Of a DNA stretch of 64,000 nucleotides, positions 22,401 through 35,903 are shown one piece after another (positions within the stretch are counted from its first letter, which is position 1; the number at the start of each line of letters is the position of its first letter). Origin of the DNA: Vitrella brassicaformis CCMP3155 (Eukaryota > Protista > Chromerida); NCBI GenBank assembly GCA_001179505.1, contig CDMY01000440.1, positions 1-64,000 of the forward strand. Reading direction: 5' to 3'. The notes under the pieces were generated by a model. It did no database searches, was not told the origin of the DNA, and was given only the letters and a program-made list of their open reading frames with translations. A program made the position numbers and the translations under genes.

Positions 22401-25400
22401 AGGTGGCCGTCATCCTGCACGGAGACAAAATAAAGGAGAAGACCTATCCCGAGCTTGGTCAGGATCCCGACAGTGGGCGGTCTCTCCAGGTGATTGAGAC
22501 GGACATTAACGGGACACTGTCGGGAGGCAACACCGCCATCTTTTATGTCGGTCGGTGGGCCGGAAAAATCCGACATGTATGGATGGAAGTCTGAGTACGA
22601 ACATGCGTCTCCCCTTGCTCGTGCAGACGTTATCCCTCCAACCTTGACAATCGTGTCACCCCTTGCGGGCGCCTGCAATAGAACTCGACGCAATGCCCCC
22701 CCGCCTCTCATGATCACCTCGTCTGAGACGGTCACTCTCACCGACGCAAGGAAGATCGACGTCCGCAACGGGTGGCTGGAGAAGAAAGATGTCCTCGAAA
22801 GCCAGCGAGGTGCTCATTTCTGGCTGAATGGCACGGACGGTGCGACTTACGTGCGGATGCACAACGAGGGGCTGGTGACGGTGTCTGTATTGGCAAATGC
22901 TGCCTTGGACGAGGCGGGCAACGCCAACGAAGCAGGGAATCAGTGCCTATTCGTCTTTGGTACGAGACATGATGACTATTCCAAGAGGCTTCTCACCTAT
23001 GCTCTTTCTGCCTGGTGGATGTGTCGTATCAGACGAGACGCGTCCTACCGTGACGCTGTCAATAGAGAATCCCTCTGAGCCGGCCACAGCTGAGGAATGG
23101 ACCTTCCTGCTGTCGTTCAGTGAGGATATGGCTCCTTTCGAGAGGGGCAACATCACGTGCCGCAACTGCACGGTCATCACCCTCGAGAGCCTGGATGAGA
23201 GTTCCTCACAAGAGTACAGGGTGACAGCCCTGCCCGATACAGAAGGCACGATGAGTGCAACCATCTCGGAAGGAGACGTCACCGACGTGGCCGGCAATGG
23301 CAACGTGGCGGCTGAGCCCATCGAGAGAAGCTACAGTGAGGAAGAGCACAATGATATGATAGATCAAATCGCCTCACTGTCTTTACGTGTCTCAATGTCT
23401 CTTGCCTGTCTGCTCAGCAAATAACCCGAAGATGACTTTGGACACCGCAAGTGTGAGGATGGCCGCCTTGAACCGCCCCACAGATGTGCTTCTCGTCGAT
23501 TTTGCTCTCAAGCTGACCCTCACTGGATCGCACCTTCATGGCAACGACCGCCCTATTCTCGTGGACGCAGAAGCGATATCAAAGTGTGAGTTGCTTTCTA
23601 CAGAAAAGCTGGATGGCCAGCTGGCGTCCAGATGGATGAGCTATCACGTGCCAAATACCCTGGAGGGTGTGAAAGACCTGATTTGCACGATGTCTGATGA
23701 GGGCAGCGCGTTCGCCTGCGAGGGATACTCCATCATGAAGGCCGGCACCTATCGGATGTGTGTGTGCGATGCATCTGAGAGGCCGGCATCACGGTGCACG
23801 ACACCAGGCAGCTACCACAATGAAGCCAAGGAGCCCGCGACATTTCAATTTGTCGAAGGTTACTTGCTTCCTGACATTTATGTCAGACCACATACTATGT
23901 TGTCTCTTCCCTCAGAGCTAATTCCTTGCGGCGGCTGCTCCTTCGGTTTCACTTGCGTCAACGGAGAATGCGTGCCGAAATGCGGCGATGGCATTTTGGT
24001 CACAGGCATTGAGGTCTGCGATGACGGTGAGCATGAGCAATAGCCACACAGCGCAAAAGGCACACAAATATTGTTTTCTATTCACAGGCAACGCGAAAAG
24101 CGGCGATGGGTGTGCTGGTGGCTGTCTGTCCATCGAGCCGGGCTTCAAGTGCCAAACCACCACTGTCTCATTCGGTGACGGACAGCCCTACAACACGTCG
24201 CGTTGCAGCGAGAAGTCCCTCTGCGACTCTCAAGATGACCCTGACGTGCATCCATGCGACGCCTCGTCTGGAGATCGGCCGCCGGCCTCGCTTTTGGTGC
24301 AGTGTATGGAGATGGATTGCTCTCAGGAAAGTGGCGGGACACCCAGCAGAACGACCATCGGCTGCTTCCGTAAGGCAGAGAGGAAATCAGGCATGTTCTG
24401 GTAGATCTTCTGTATTCTTACGATACACAGCAAGCGGGTCTTCATTCTCCCTCTGCCGAGAGCTCCGCCCGCCGAAGGTGTTGAGTCTTCGGTACGCGGA
24501 TCGCTCCTCTTCACGCCTTGCCCTGTCATTCGACCGGCCGGCTCGACTGCGGCCTGACAAGACAGACATTGACCTCTGCAGCATCTTCGACGCACAATCA
24601 CGCGCCAAGTTGGGCAAGAACCCCGAGTGCCAGATGGGTGATGTCTCCACGCAGCTCTCCATCAAGCTGGGCGGCGCTGCCTCATCAACCACATGCGACG
24701 ATCTGTTGGCGCCTGGCGATGCGGTGGCTGTCGAGAGCGGGTACTTCCTCCGCGGCGACATGACGGATGCCGTGCTTGAGGCCTTTGACCAGTCCTCTCA
24801 TTATCCTCCTCTCACGCAGTGGGCCGATGGGTGGTTCGCTGCCGGAGCCACGCTGAATGTGGAAGCCTACGTTGGACCAATGGACGGCCAACTCGGGATC
24901 GGGGTAGGAAATCATCCGTGGCGTTTTAATTGCGTCTCATCTTTTAATACGTGACGACAGGTCAAGGTTTCCAAGGCCCCGGGCGTCCTTGGGCTGGGGC
25001 ATTCCCTCGATGTGACGGCAGCCATCCAGCGGTCAGCGGCTGGGCCGATCGAAGTGACATGGCAGTGTGTCGAGAACCAAACAAATGTGCCGGCCATCTG
25101 CACAGACATCAACTCATTCCTGACAAAGCGCGGAGGTGAGATGGCGGGGAGCCACCACTCGGATACTTGGCCCTCAATGTTTCGTCCTGTTTGCAGCTCA
25201 GAGAGTGGTCACTGACCAGGCACGTCTCTTCATCCCAACAAAGGAAATGGAGAAGGCCATTGAGGAGGCAGACATCACACCACAGTCCACAATGAACATC
25301 AGCATCACCGCCCGAGACTGCCTGTACAATACAGCCTCTGACCAAGTCACCATCGCCATCTCCGCGAAGCGGTCACTCCCCATTCTCACGATCACACGAA

Positions 25401-28400
25401 TGACGCCGTCACCTCTTGCCGTCGGCTCGTCAGCGCCATTCGTTCTAAAGGCTAAGCTCGAGACATCATCAGCGGGCCAGCGCCCTGAGATCGTGTGGAG
25501 CTACCGGCTTGCCAACGAGACACAGTTCACACCTATGAGCGACCAATATGAGCTCAACTATAGGCTGTCGCCCAATCTGATGTCGTTGAGCTTCCCTGAC
25601 GGCCTGACAGCGGGAGCAGATTACACTTCTGAGGTCAAGGCGACGGCGCAGGCCCATCAGGTGTCGACCACGGCGTATTTCGATGTGGTCGTCGATGATG
25701 TCCCACAAGTGCTGGCCTCTTTCCCATCAGACTCCATAGGTAGGGAGACGCACATGAGAAAGCGGGAATGCGAAGAACTACACAAGACGTATCCTTTCAT
25801 TTACAGTCGCTTACAATGAGTGTCCTCTGCTGCTATCCGCTCGACTTTCGTCAAGCGACATCCCTCGAGGCGCTTCCCAGAGCGGCGTCAACTACCAGTG
25901 GTACTGCTTCCCTGCTGCTTTGCCGCTGCCGAGAGATGAAGACGGCAACATGGTGACGGAATACACACTCGATGAGCTTGCTGCCCTCGTCGCTGAAGAC
26001 GCAAAGTGCGCCATGTCATCATCTGACGGCCGATTTGGGGACGGCAAAAGCTATTAGAACATTGACGCCATGACAGCCGGCCTCTACATCTTTGCTGTGG
26101 GCGTGTCTTTGACGGATTCCATGAGCGATGTCGTCCGGGCACAGGAGGTGCTGGTGCGGCAAGGGGCCGCTCCCGCGTTGCAGCTTAATGTCTCGCTGAG
26201 AGAGGGGAAAATGCCTGTGGACATCCTGCACGCATCCGTCATCACCATGCGATCGCCTGCCGCCGCCTCATCCGTGTGCTATTCAGACGAGACGCTGTCG
26301 GTTATCACTGGCCAGTGGTCCCTCATCGAACTGTTGACTGATGAGTTGCCACCGATTTTGGAAGACAGCTCGCTCAATGGCTATGTCGTCAAGACACTGA
26401 CGAGTGCAGAGGATGGCTTACAAGACAGCGAGGCAGAGTCACTCATGTCGACCCAGGTGGACTCAGTTGTCGTTGAGCCGTCTCTGATGACACCGGGCGG
26501 AGCCTACGTTCTCAGATACAGCTGGCAACTGCCGGATGTGGCTGGCGTCCTTCAAAGCAACAAGTGGATTGTCAACGTAGCGCCCTCACAGGGGATGTTG
26601 CAGGCGACTTGCACTGTAGAGGACGCGCTGGTGACTCCGTCCACTAGCGGGGAACTCTTGACGGTCTTCGACTTCTCGCAGAGCTGGACGGACCCCGATG
26701 ATGACCAAGATACACTGGTGAGACGGCGGAAACAGGATCTGGCCTCCCATACCTCTGTCCGTTGCGTATCATCTGCAGGAGTACGCTCTATATATCAGCA
26801 AGTCCCCTCTCCCATGCGCAGACGCTAGAGACCTCACGCCAGGGAGTTTCGGCGACATGTTCCGAGCTTTACAGGTGTTCCGCCCCTTCCAACGATCGCT
26901 CAAGACTCGCCTACCAATCGGGGAAGCTGCTGTGGTGGCTGTCGCGCGTGATCCCTCCGGCGACACGTGTCTTGAAGGCTCCAGCGGCTTCAGTTGTCCG
27001 TGCATCGATATGGCGGTACAACAGGAGGAACCACCGTCAGTCGGCGAACTCACCGGGCTGCTGGATGAGGTGAGCCGGAACAAAAAGCAGCAGGATCTAC
27101 ATGCCACATCTCTGTTATCTTTTGCAGGCTGGCTCAAGCCTCGACGCAGAGACGCTAGGAAATGCAATGGTCGTCATTGCGTCAGCTGCCGATCCCGCCA
27201 ACAAGACAGCAACACAGGCCGTCTTCAACAGCACTCTGGCCAAATTCGGCGAGGCGCTGGCTTGGATCGATCCATTGGATGAAGATGTCAAGGTTTTCGC
27301 CACATCCCTCCGCAGCGTCGTCGAGGCCCAGTCGCCCGAGCAGATCGGCGAAGACAGCACAAGGGTCACGTCAGCCTTCACGAGTTTGCTAGAGGTGTCC
27401 ATCGACGGGGGCGCGGGAATCGACACCGAGACGGCTACCACAGTCGTCAAGGCGCTGGATGTGGTCATCGAGGGCAGAGATGCTGGCGATAGCTCGCCCG
27501 ACAAGGTGGCGAGAGAGGCGGCTGCGACCGACTCGTTGGAGAAGACCATTCAGACAGTGGGGACAGCCGTCATTCAAACGTAACGAATGGGCACAATGGA
27601 TTCGGACGCATGGCTGTCTGTCTTTGTTTGTATGTGTCTCCTTTACTGCAGCAAGACAAAAGACGATCCTCCAGTGACTGTGCACTCAGCCTCGCTGGAC
27701 ATGGAGATCAGTGTGGTGGACGTGGCGTCAGCCTCACAGGAGGGCTTCTCCGCTGCCGGCTTCAGCGTCCCGCCGCTCTCGCCGGCAGCTGGGGACTGCG
27801 AGGGCGACTTCACTCCCCTGGCGTCGGACTGGAAGAAAAACCCATACAGCTGGGCCGACTCGACCGTCAACATTTCCGGGCACAAACCAGCCATCCGGGC
27901 GTTTGAGATCCTTAGATGTGGCGTTCCCGAGGAGGTCAAGAATCTGCAAGATCCCATCCTGTTCTGCCTGGACCGGAATGTCTCGGCTTTTGATTGGGAC
28001 GATCTTCTGCTTTCTGCGAGGGAGGGCAAGGCTGAGGACGCGTCCGAGACAGACTTTGACGGCGATTGTGGCTGTGCTGACGTGTCGACGAGACGACTGG
28101 CCAGGCCGAAAACCGAGCCACTGCTTCTGCCCCTCCCCACTATATCATCGATCCACAGCAGCATACGGGCCCTTGTGCTGTCTCACATGAGCAGGGAGAC
28201 AGCCGAGACAGTCTTCGGGGCGTTCCTGGACCTTGACACCACTGGCATTATCGGAGCACCGCATCGTCAGCTATTCTTTGGCGGCCTGGAGTGGCATGGC
28301 GGCGATGCGGCAGATTCCCTCAAACCTGGCGCCTTCGAGAAGCCCGCTGAATCTGGCAACGTGACGGAGGAGTTTGAGCAGGACATTGTGGACTCAGACT

Positions 28401-29560
28401 GCAGATACTTTGACAAGGAGGCTCAGGAATGGGTGACGGAGGGCTGCAGCATTGTATGTCGAAGCCGCTCAACCATCAAATGCGGTACGTAATGAGCCGG
28501 AAATGAGGCCGGCCGTCGTCCAATGTGCGTGAATAAGCGCTGACTGTCCCTCGTTGTCTTTTGCCAGCCTGCACCCACCTTACCACATTCACAGCGGCGG
28601 CAGTCAAGGTACGCGTCAGCTGAATGTCTACAAGTACGTCTTTCCTGCAAATGGTTGTGTTTCGGCTTGGCTTTTTCCTTAGTTCACCCAGAAATTCGAT
28701 CGCACCAACATCGGGATCGTCGCGCAATCCGGCAGGTACTGGTCGACGTATCATGGACCACTATGGACATTCATTGGGCTTCCTCACTTGAATATCCTTT
28801 CTTAGCCTTATCAACGCCGACATGTTCTCCAATCCCGGGTTCTGGTACCTTTGGCTGGTGGTGTCCATCCTCCTGGCGCCCTTCATTCACCTATATCGGA
28901 AGGACAGGAAAGATTACAAGCGCCCGAACGACAGACGTCACTATTTCTTCCGCGATGCAATGGCCAAGGGGAACGAGGACTTCATCTGCAACGTCCTGCC
29001 GCCTGTGGGCATTTGTAACCAGCTCTTCATGATGCCACCCGTCCGCATCAATTGCTCCTCGTGCTACCGAGCTCTCACGTGCTACACATGTCGGAGGCGC
29101 AAGAAGGGGCGCAACAAGGGCAGGAGCAAGCTCTACGCCATCGGGGATGCGGGCGCGGACGCCGCGCAGAAGTCGGATGACGGCATGGCTCGGAAAGACA
29201 CCCTGGCCCGCATCCATGAGGCTGGCGCGACCACAGACCGGTCAGATCACAAGCCGAAGAGCGACAAGGGTGGCGACCACAAGGTCCTACGGTTTGCGGC
29301 GGAGGAGGCAGCCCATGGCGCTGCAGCAGCACCTGGGATCAAGTACACCCGGACGGTGAGCAGCTCTGACCGTCACATCGACTCGGGCAAGTCGGTATCG
29401 AGCGAGGGCAAGGGGCAGCAGGAGGAAGTCAAGTACTGGGAGGTCATCTCTGAGCAGGAGAAGGTCAGACGGCAAACCCTCGCTGCCAGCCTCATCGGTG
29501 CGACTCTACTGTACACACGCCATCATGCGCAGGTCTCCTTACCGGGCGTGCGAATGTAAT

Positions 29561-29591
<31 letters not shown>

Positions 29592-32500
29592 TGTGTGTAG
29601 GGCTACGGAACCTCAGGCACAGCAGGACCATGGCTGACCAAAGCCCAGCCTCCCATCGGCCGACGAAGAAGGGCAGCGGCGACCTCTGGAATGAGGTACG
29701 TGACAAGAAGCACCTGCCATTCCATGACGCTAATGACTTGACTGTGTGTCGTCTGTGAAGCCGCTGGTTGACATCCCGATGCTCCGTGCGATGGGGTATC
29801 GCGGGTCGGTCAAGGACAGCGAGCGCATCAGCCAGGCCCTGTCAGTGGTCAAGACGGTGGCCAGCGTGCAGATAGACAAGGAGAAGCAAAAGGCCAGGGA
29901 GCTGCTGGATGAGGTCTCCCGCCAGCCGACCAGGCAGCGGAGCCGAATGGGCAAGAAGGAGGAGGAGCAGTCGGAGAAGAGCGAGACCTCACCCAAGGGG
30001 GTATGGGACAAGATGAGGTCCTTCTTCGGTCAGAACAGCACACTCACACCAATCTACCCAGCTACCCACAAGGAACACCCAAGCTTTTTCGCCCTTTTCA
30101 TTTACCATTTTCAGGCCAGGAGAAGCCTCGACTGGCTGAGGGAGACTTCGAGCGCTTCAATCAGCTGCTCTTCGCACACAGTCTCCAAAAGAGACCGCAA
30201 AGTGGTCGGCGCCCGACAGTGGGAGATGGCAGCTATACAGTTGCTGCGCGACAACCCAGAGTCAGCAGAGAGCCAGCCCGGCGCTGTCTCGTACCTCGAG
30301 ACCGCACTTCGCCGCGAGACCGCCACGCAGCTCAATGCCCCTCCACGGCGCAGGAGGGGTAGCAGCGCCGAGCTGCTCCCAACGTTCGTCATTCCGCTCT
30401 CCTCTGCGTGTGTGCGCGTGTTGGAGATGGACGAGAGCACCCGGCTGCACCCGCCGCATGACAGCGAGGAGCTGTCGAGGCTGGTGGCGATGCAGGCGTC
30501 GCTGATGGGTGAGAGCGGTGACAAAGTTGGGACCAGCGAGGAGCAGTTCGTGGCGTGGGTGGTGACGAGTCGCTATGAGATGATTTGCCTGGTACGTTGG
30601 TCATGCATCAACACCAGCACGCTTGTTTATCTGCTGCCGTCACATGTCTCTATTTGTCTCTTGTTTCAGCATCCGAAGGCTCACTTCTCAATCCCAGACA
30701 TACAACACCTCATCGACTGGCAGGTAGGCGAAGACCGAGACACACACACGGACTCTCAATGTCTCTTTGTGCACTCAGGGCCCCCGCATCCTCCTCTACA
30801 TGACCGACATCATGTCGATCCGATGGGACCCACCCTTGCTACAAGATGCCGAGAACTTCCAGGACGACGGCGAGGTCGTAGTGCTCGGCCAGAACGACAA
30901 GGTCCTCCTCCGCCTGCAGAGCGCCGACCCAGATTGCCGCTCCGAGGACCTCTTTCACTTTCTGACTGCGGTTCTCGAAGGCAACATGGAGATCCCTGAA
31001 GAAGATTTGGACCTGGAGGAGGGCCACCATGAGGACGAAAACAGGGAGGACGGAGAGGGAGACAGCCAGACGGCCTCGACGCTGGAGAATCTCAGGGAGA
31101 GGGCGCTGCTCGAGTACTTTTCCCCGAACGAGACGCTGTCGCCTTCCTCCTCCTTCGACTGTAAGGTGTCATGCACCTTGCAAGGGGGTGCGTCCAAGGC
31201 GTCGGCGATCGAGGTTGAGTGCTGGCTCACACACGGGGGAGAGCTGCTGAGCATCAAGCCGGCGACCAGCCCTGCGGAGAATGGGGAAGATGAGGCAGAG
31301 GAGAAGGTCTACAGCTTCATGCTGAGGGATCTGACGCCTAACGTCAGCAAGTACAGAAGCGCCTCGCCCGACTTCGAGTGGCCGCTTGCCGTGACGCTGC
31401 TCGCCGAGAATGCCAAGGTCAAGCTCACCTTCACCTTCATCCACCCTGTGCAGACACAGGCCTTCACGACCAACGTCAACCTGCTCAAGGGCCGACTCGA
31501 AGATGCAGACCTCACGGGCACCGTGCTCATGCAGAGACACAAAATGCCGCAGCAGCAGGAAGGTGAGGGTGAGGAAATCGACCGCTTCAAGGGCGGCAGC
31601 CGACTATTTGACGACGATGACGGAGCAGGTCAAGACCAGGATCACGAGGCGCCTCCCCCTCGCCAACGCGAGCGCCGCGCGTCCAACGCCCTGTTCTACA
31701 TGTCACCCGAGGGCGGCGTGACCCTCCCCCACGCCGACGAAATGGACGTCCCGGACGAGGAGATCCTCACCCTCGAGGACCCCTTCACCGACAGCCCGAC
31801 CACGAAGCCGCACATCCCCATGGCCGTGGCCTCATCGGATATCCGGTCCACCAACAACGGCAACCTCCCATCCAGCAGCCGTGAGGGCAGCAATGACCAG
31901 GCGGCCACGATGCGGGCCTTCAACGCCATCCCCGACCTGGAGTCGCCCGTGCACATCACCCCAGAGCGGGATGTTATCGAGCTGCCCACAGTCCAGGCAG
32001 TTAGGGATGCGTCGTTCCTCTTCGAGACACCCACATCACCTACCGCTCCCCAGAGACAGAGTGACCAGGCCGCGAAGCAGAAGTGGGACAAGTTGCCAGC
32101 GTCCCCGTCTAGCCGAGGTCTGACGGCCAGCCAGATAGCGCAGCGGCCTGCTCTTGCGATGGAGGTGAGCCCGAAGAACAAGAAGATGACCCGGGCCGCC
32201 ACGATGGAGCGATTCAAGAGAGGGGACGACCCGAAACACGCAGGTGTACGGGAGGGATGGAATGGGGAGGGAGCGGGGGGTGCCGTGGCTGGCTTTGTCT
32301 GACTATGTGTGTGTTTGCTGGGTGCAGACTGAGACGATCGCGAAACAGGTGCAGTATCAATATTGGAGCCCCGGCCGTATCTTCGCCAAACTCAGCCTCA
32401 GAGAGCACCCCGGTAAGATCGTCCCCCGTTCTCAACGCCCACTTGATGTGTATGTGTGAGCGTCCTGTGCGTCTGTCTCATCAGTCCCAAAGTTGTGTCC

Positions 32501-33647
32501 CTACAGCCCCGCCATGAACCGGGTCCAGAGATACTCCATCTTCGCCGTCGCCCTCTTTGGCGGCTTTTTCTTCTCGTGTCTCTTCTTCAATGGTCGAAAC
32601 ACTCTCTCACACGCCCATACGACCCATCCGTCCGTCATCTCGATACTGCCCCTGTCTGTCTGCGTGCCTTCATTTTTTGATTCGTTCAGTGGATTGCGTG
32701 ACCAAGCCGGAGGCAGCGGCGTGCAAGAAGCCCTCGTTCTGGGCGCCCTTCATACCCAACTGGGAGATGCTGTTCGCGAGCATCTGGGCGGTGATACTGT
32801 CGGTGCCGCTGCCGATGCTGTTGAGGACTCTGTTCATCAAACAAGTCTTCTGGCAGGAGCTGACGCAGAAGGAGAAAGACTTCCAGGTGTGTGTCCCCTT
32901 TGTGGGGGGGGGAGGGAGGGAGGGAGGGAGGGAGGTGTGGGTGTGTGTGTTTGTGTTTATCAGATATGGTTTTGGCGCGTCAAGGACATCATTGCGTACA
33001 CCATCGTGTGGGCGTGGATCACCTGGTGTGTCTACTTCCTCCTGCTGTTCGTCCTGGTAAGTAAGCAAATGGCGCCATCGACACGCAACGATGATGATGT
33101 CTCTCTCGTCTGTGCTACCTGACTACCATGTGTGTGTCTCATACACATATTCAGAGTTTTGACCCCCGTGTGTACGAGAAGTGGATGACGGCCTCATTCT
33201 GGTCACTCCTGCACCGGTGACCACACAAACAACACAACAGCACAACATGCCCCCAAACACCCTCGTTCATTCGTGCGTGTGTCTCCCCCCTCACAGCAAC
33301 GCCAGCGCCCCTCTGTTCCGCGCCCTGTTCAAGGGGATCATCCTGATCATATCCCAGTTCACATCCATCTGCGACTGCTACCTACTCGCATTCCCACTGG
33401 TAGGTCTTTCCATGGCCATGCACAACCCACGACACACAACCGACTTCTGTCTGTCTCTGTCTGTCTGTCTGTCTGTCTCCTGTGTGCGTGTGTTTAGGTG
33501 ATTGGTTTCACCGATCCCTTGACGGAGGAGCAGCGTTTATTGGATCGGGAGCGTAAGAGGAAGAGCCTGTCGGACGAGGGGCTGCGGGAGGACGAAATGG
33601 AGGACATGGGCATCGACGAAGGCGGAGGAATGGAATTCGGAGAATAA
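19469..33647 (+). CDS. Giant polycystin-1/REJ-like surface membrane protein: signal peptide, Cys modules, bacterial-type Ig folds, Cys-rich CGDG repeat, REJ-like region, GPS motif, TM segments
   Basis: Signal-like MVCFRLHTLLLGMALRFAASLSA. Five G/D-x-Y-x-x-C-x-C modules. Ig-like D-x-AGN-x-N motifs (22900-23320). CGDGILVTGIEVCDDG|N..SGDGC..C.SIEPGFKC (~23975-24150). GPS: DCRYFDKEAQEWVTEGCSIV..IKC|ACTHLTTF (28395-28600). TM at 28822-28900 and several TMs at 32510-33520. The first exons join in phase; a few central junctions were not resolved, so a two-gene split is not excluded. Confidence 0.75.
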
Positions 33648-34200
33648 CCATGAACGAACAGGGGGAGTGTAGTCGGCAGCTGTATGGGACATTTCTGGTT
33701 CTTTGTGCCTTCTGCGCTGTGCTGTGCTGTGCTTTGTGGCATTGGGTGGGCTTGTTGGGCAGGGCATTCATCGCTGGGTGTGGTGTGCTTCGTCGATTTG
33801 GTCGTGAGGCAGCTGGACCAGGTCAGGTGTGTCTGGATTTGTGTGCTGTGGGTGTTAGTGTGTGTGTCGGTCATGCACTCGAGCACTCGAGGCACTGCAC
33901 TCGAGGGAAGGAGAGATAGGGGGGTTGCACAGGGGAGGGAGGGAGGGAGGGAGGGGTCGGTACTTGAAAAGAGAGCGTGTTTGTGCATCTGTGTGGTTTT
34001 CATCTCGTCTGTGCGCGCATTTGTCTGTCACTCGTTCCGTGTGTGTATGCGACACGACCAATACTCCACAAACTAGCCCCACCCACCCCAAGGATGCGAT
34101 GCGTGTCGGCCCGTCCCCCCTCCCCCTCCTGCCCCCATCCAGCCCTTGGACTCCCCTCCCCCCGGTTGTGTTGTGCTGTGTGTCCCTGTCTATCTACTAT

Positions 34201-35766
34201 CTACTTGTCCTGCCTGTCTCTGTCTCTGTCCTTTTTCCTCTTCTTTTTCTTCTTCTTCCGCTTCTCTCGCCGCGACTCAGTCTCGTCCTCGCGCGACGAG
34301 TCGGTGAAGACGGCCGCGTCCACCGGCTCACTCGGGTGCTGGAGGGGCGGCGGCGGGGCCATCGACGGGGCAGACCGATAGGCGGCACCTGACAAACGAA
34401 GGAATGAGTGCATCCATCAATCAATCAGTCAGTCAGTCAGTCACACAAATGGACAGTTTTGTTGTTGTGTGCGTGTTGTGTGTGTGTGTGTGTGTGAATG
34501 GGACGACCGACATGCACTGCAGACACTTTACCTGAGGGGTAGGGACCATCCTGCTCAATGATGTCGTCAGATGGCTGCTGCTGGAGGGGCAGCGCCGCAA
34601 TGCGACCTACAGCCAACACCACACACACACACACATGACCACCCATTATTCCGCGCATCCATGTGCTCATCTTCACTGACTGACTGACCAGCGACTTTCG
34701 CGGGTTTCTTCTTGGGTTTGCCCTTGGCTTTGACTTTGGGTTTGGACCCCGGCCGCCCTGCAAAGGCGACGACTTTGGCGCCCTTGAGGCCAAACAGCGT
34801 GTCGCTGAGATCGGAGGCGTCGCTCTTGGCCTCTGCAAAGTCCTGGGCTGAGGTCTCGAGGATCTCGTCGGCAGCGGCGTTCTTCTGGTGCTCATTGCGT
34901 TGGTACTCTGACACCCACTCCTCCTCGTATATGTCACAGCTCTGGTGCTCCAAATACTGACACACACACACACACACACACACGTGATAGATATCTACCA
35001 ACCAACAGGTGTGTGTGTGCCTCTTCGGTAGTCACCATGAGAATGGCGTCTTCCATCTCGCGCATCTCTGACGGCGAGTAAGCACAGTCGCCCCGGAACT
35101 TGCGCATTCGGATGCGGTGCGTGCCGGGCGTCAGACCTTATCCACACACACACACACAGACACTTAGACAGCCATCTGCTGTCCATTGCTGTCCATGCGT
35201 GTGTGCATTGCCCACCCACCTGAGTTGAATGTGTAGTCGTTGACATTGAGTTGCTGTGTGCGCTTGAGGTCTGCGAGGGGGTCGGTGTTGCTGCCGGGCG
35301 GCGGCCTCTGGTAGACAATCATCATCTGCGCCACGTCGCCGCTCTTGTAGAGGTTCTCGCCCCCGTCGTTGGTCTTGTAGGTCTCCATGTAACACGGCAG
35401 GTCCACCAGCAGCCCGCCGTACATCTGCCGGTCAAAGATCAAGTCGAACTCTCGCCCCTGCTGCTTGCCCGTCGGCCGCAGGGAGAGGCCGAGCTGCTTG
35501 CCGTCCTGGGAGGTCTTGATGCGCTCGTTGAGCTTGTCGGCCACCTCGGTGGGCAGCCGAAGGATCACCTGGTGATCCACGATGTTGGTCTCGTCGTGCA
35601 GCATGCGCGTGAAGCCCTCCATCCCCGTCGTCGCGGCGTCGTCGCCACGAATGTTGCTGTGGCCCTTTATGTGCTGCCGCTTCTTGCCGTGGTGCGGGTG
35701 GGAAGGGCGGGACCCACCGGCACCGCCACCGCCGCCGCCGTGAGCATCGTCACGCCAGCCTTTCAT
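34201..35766 (-). CDS. TAF7: TFIID subunit 7 (TAFII55 N-terminal domain)
   Basis: DHQVILRLPTEVA...LLVDLPCYMETYKTND..NLYKSGDVAQMMIVY and |GLTPGTHRIRMRKFR match TAF7 motifs (QFILRLP; LVDLPCI-E--KT-D; YKTADI-QM; HGITPP---VRKRRFR). Lys-rich C-terminus. Confidence 0.88.
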
Positions 35767-35903
35767 GACCTTTCGCCGACGATGAACGGGTCACAGAGCT
35801 GTCAACAGATAGATATTGATGGATTTCCCTCTGCAGCTCACGTGCATTCCTTTCGCGAACTCTCCGCAGCCCCAGTCTTCAGGGAGCGCAGCTCAGCAGC
35901 AGC

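Noticed and set aside
25450-25462. GCTAAGCTCGAG resembling the promoter palindrome
   Set aside because: It is inside coding sequence (KAKLE) and only a partial match.
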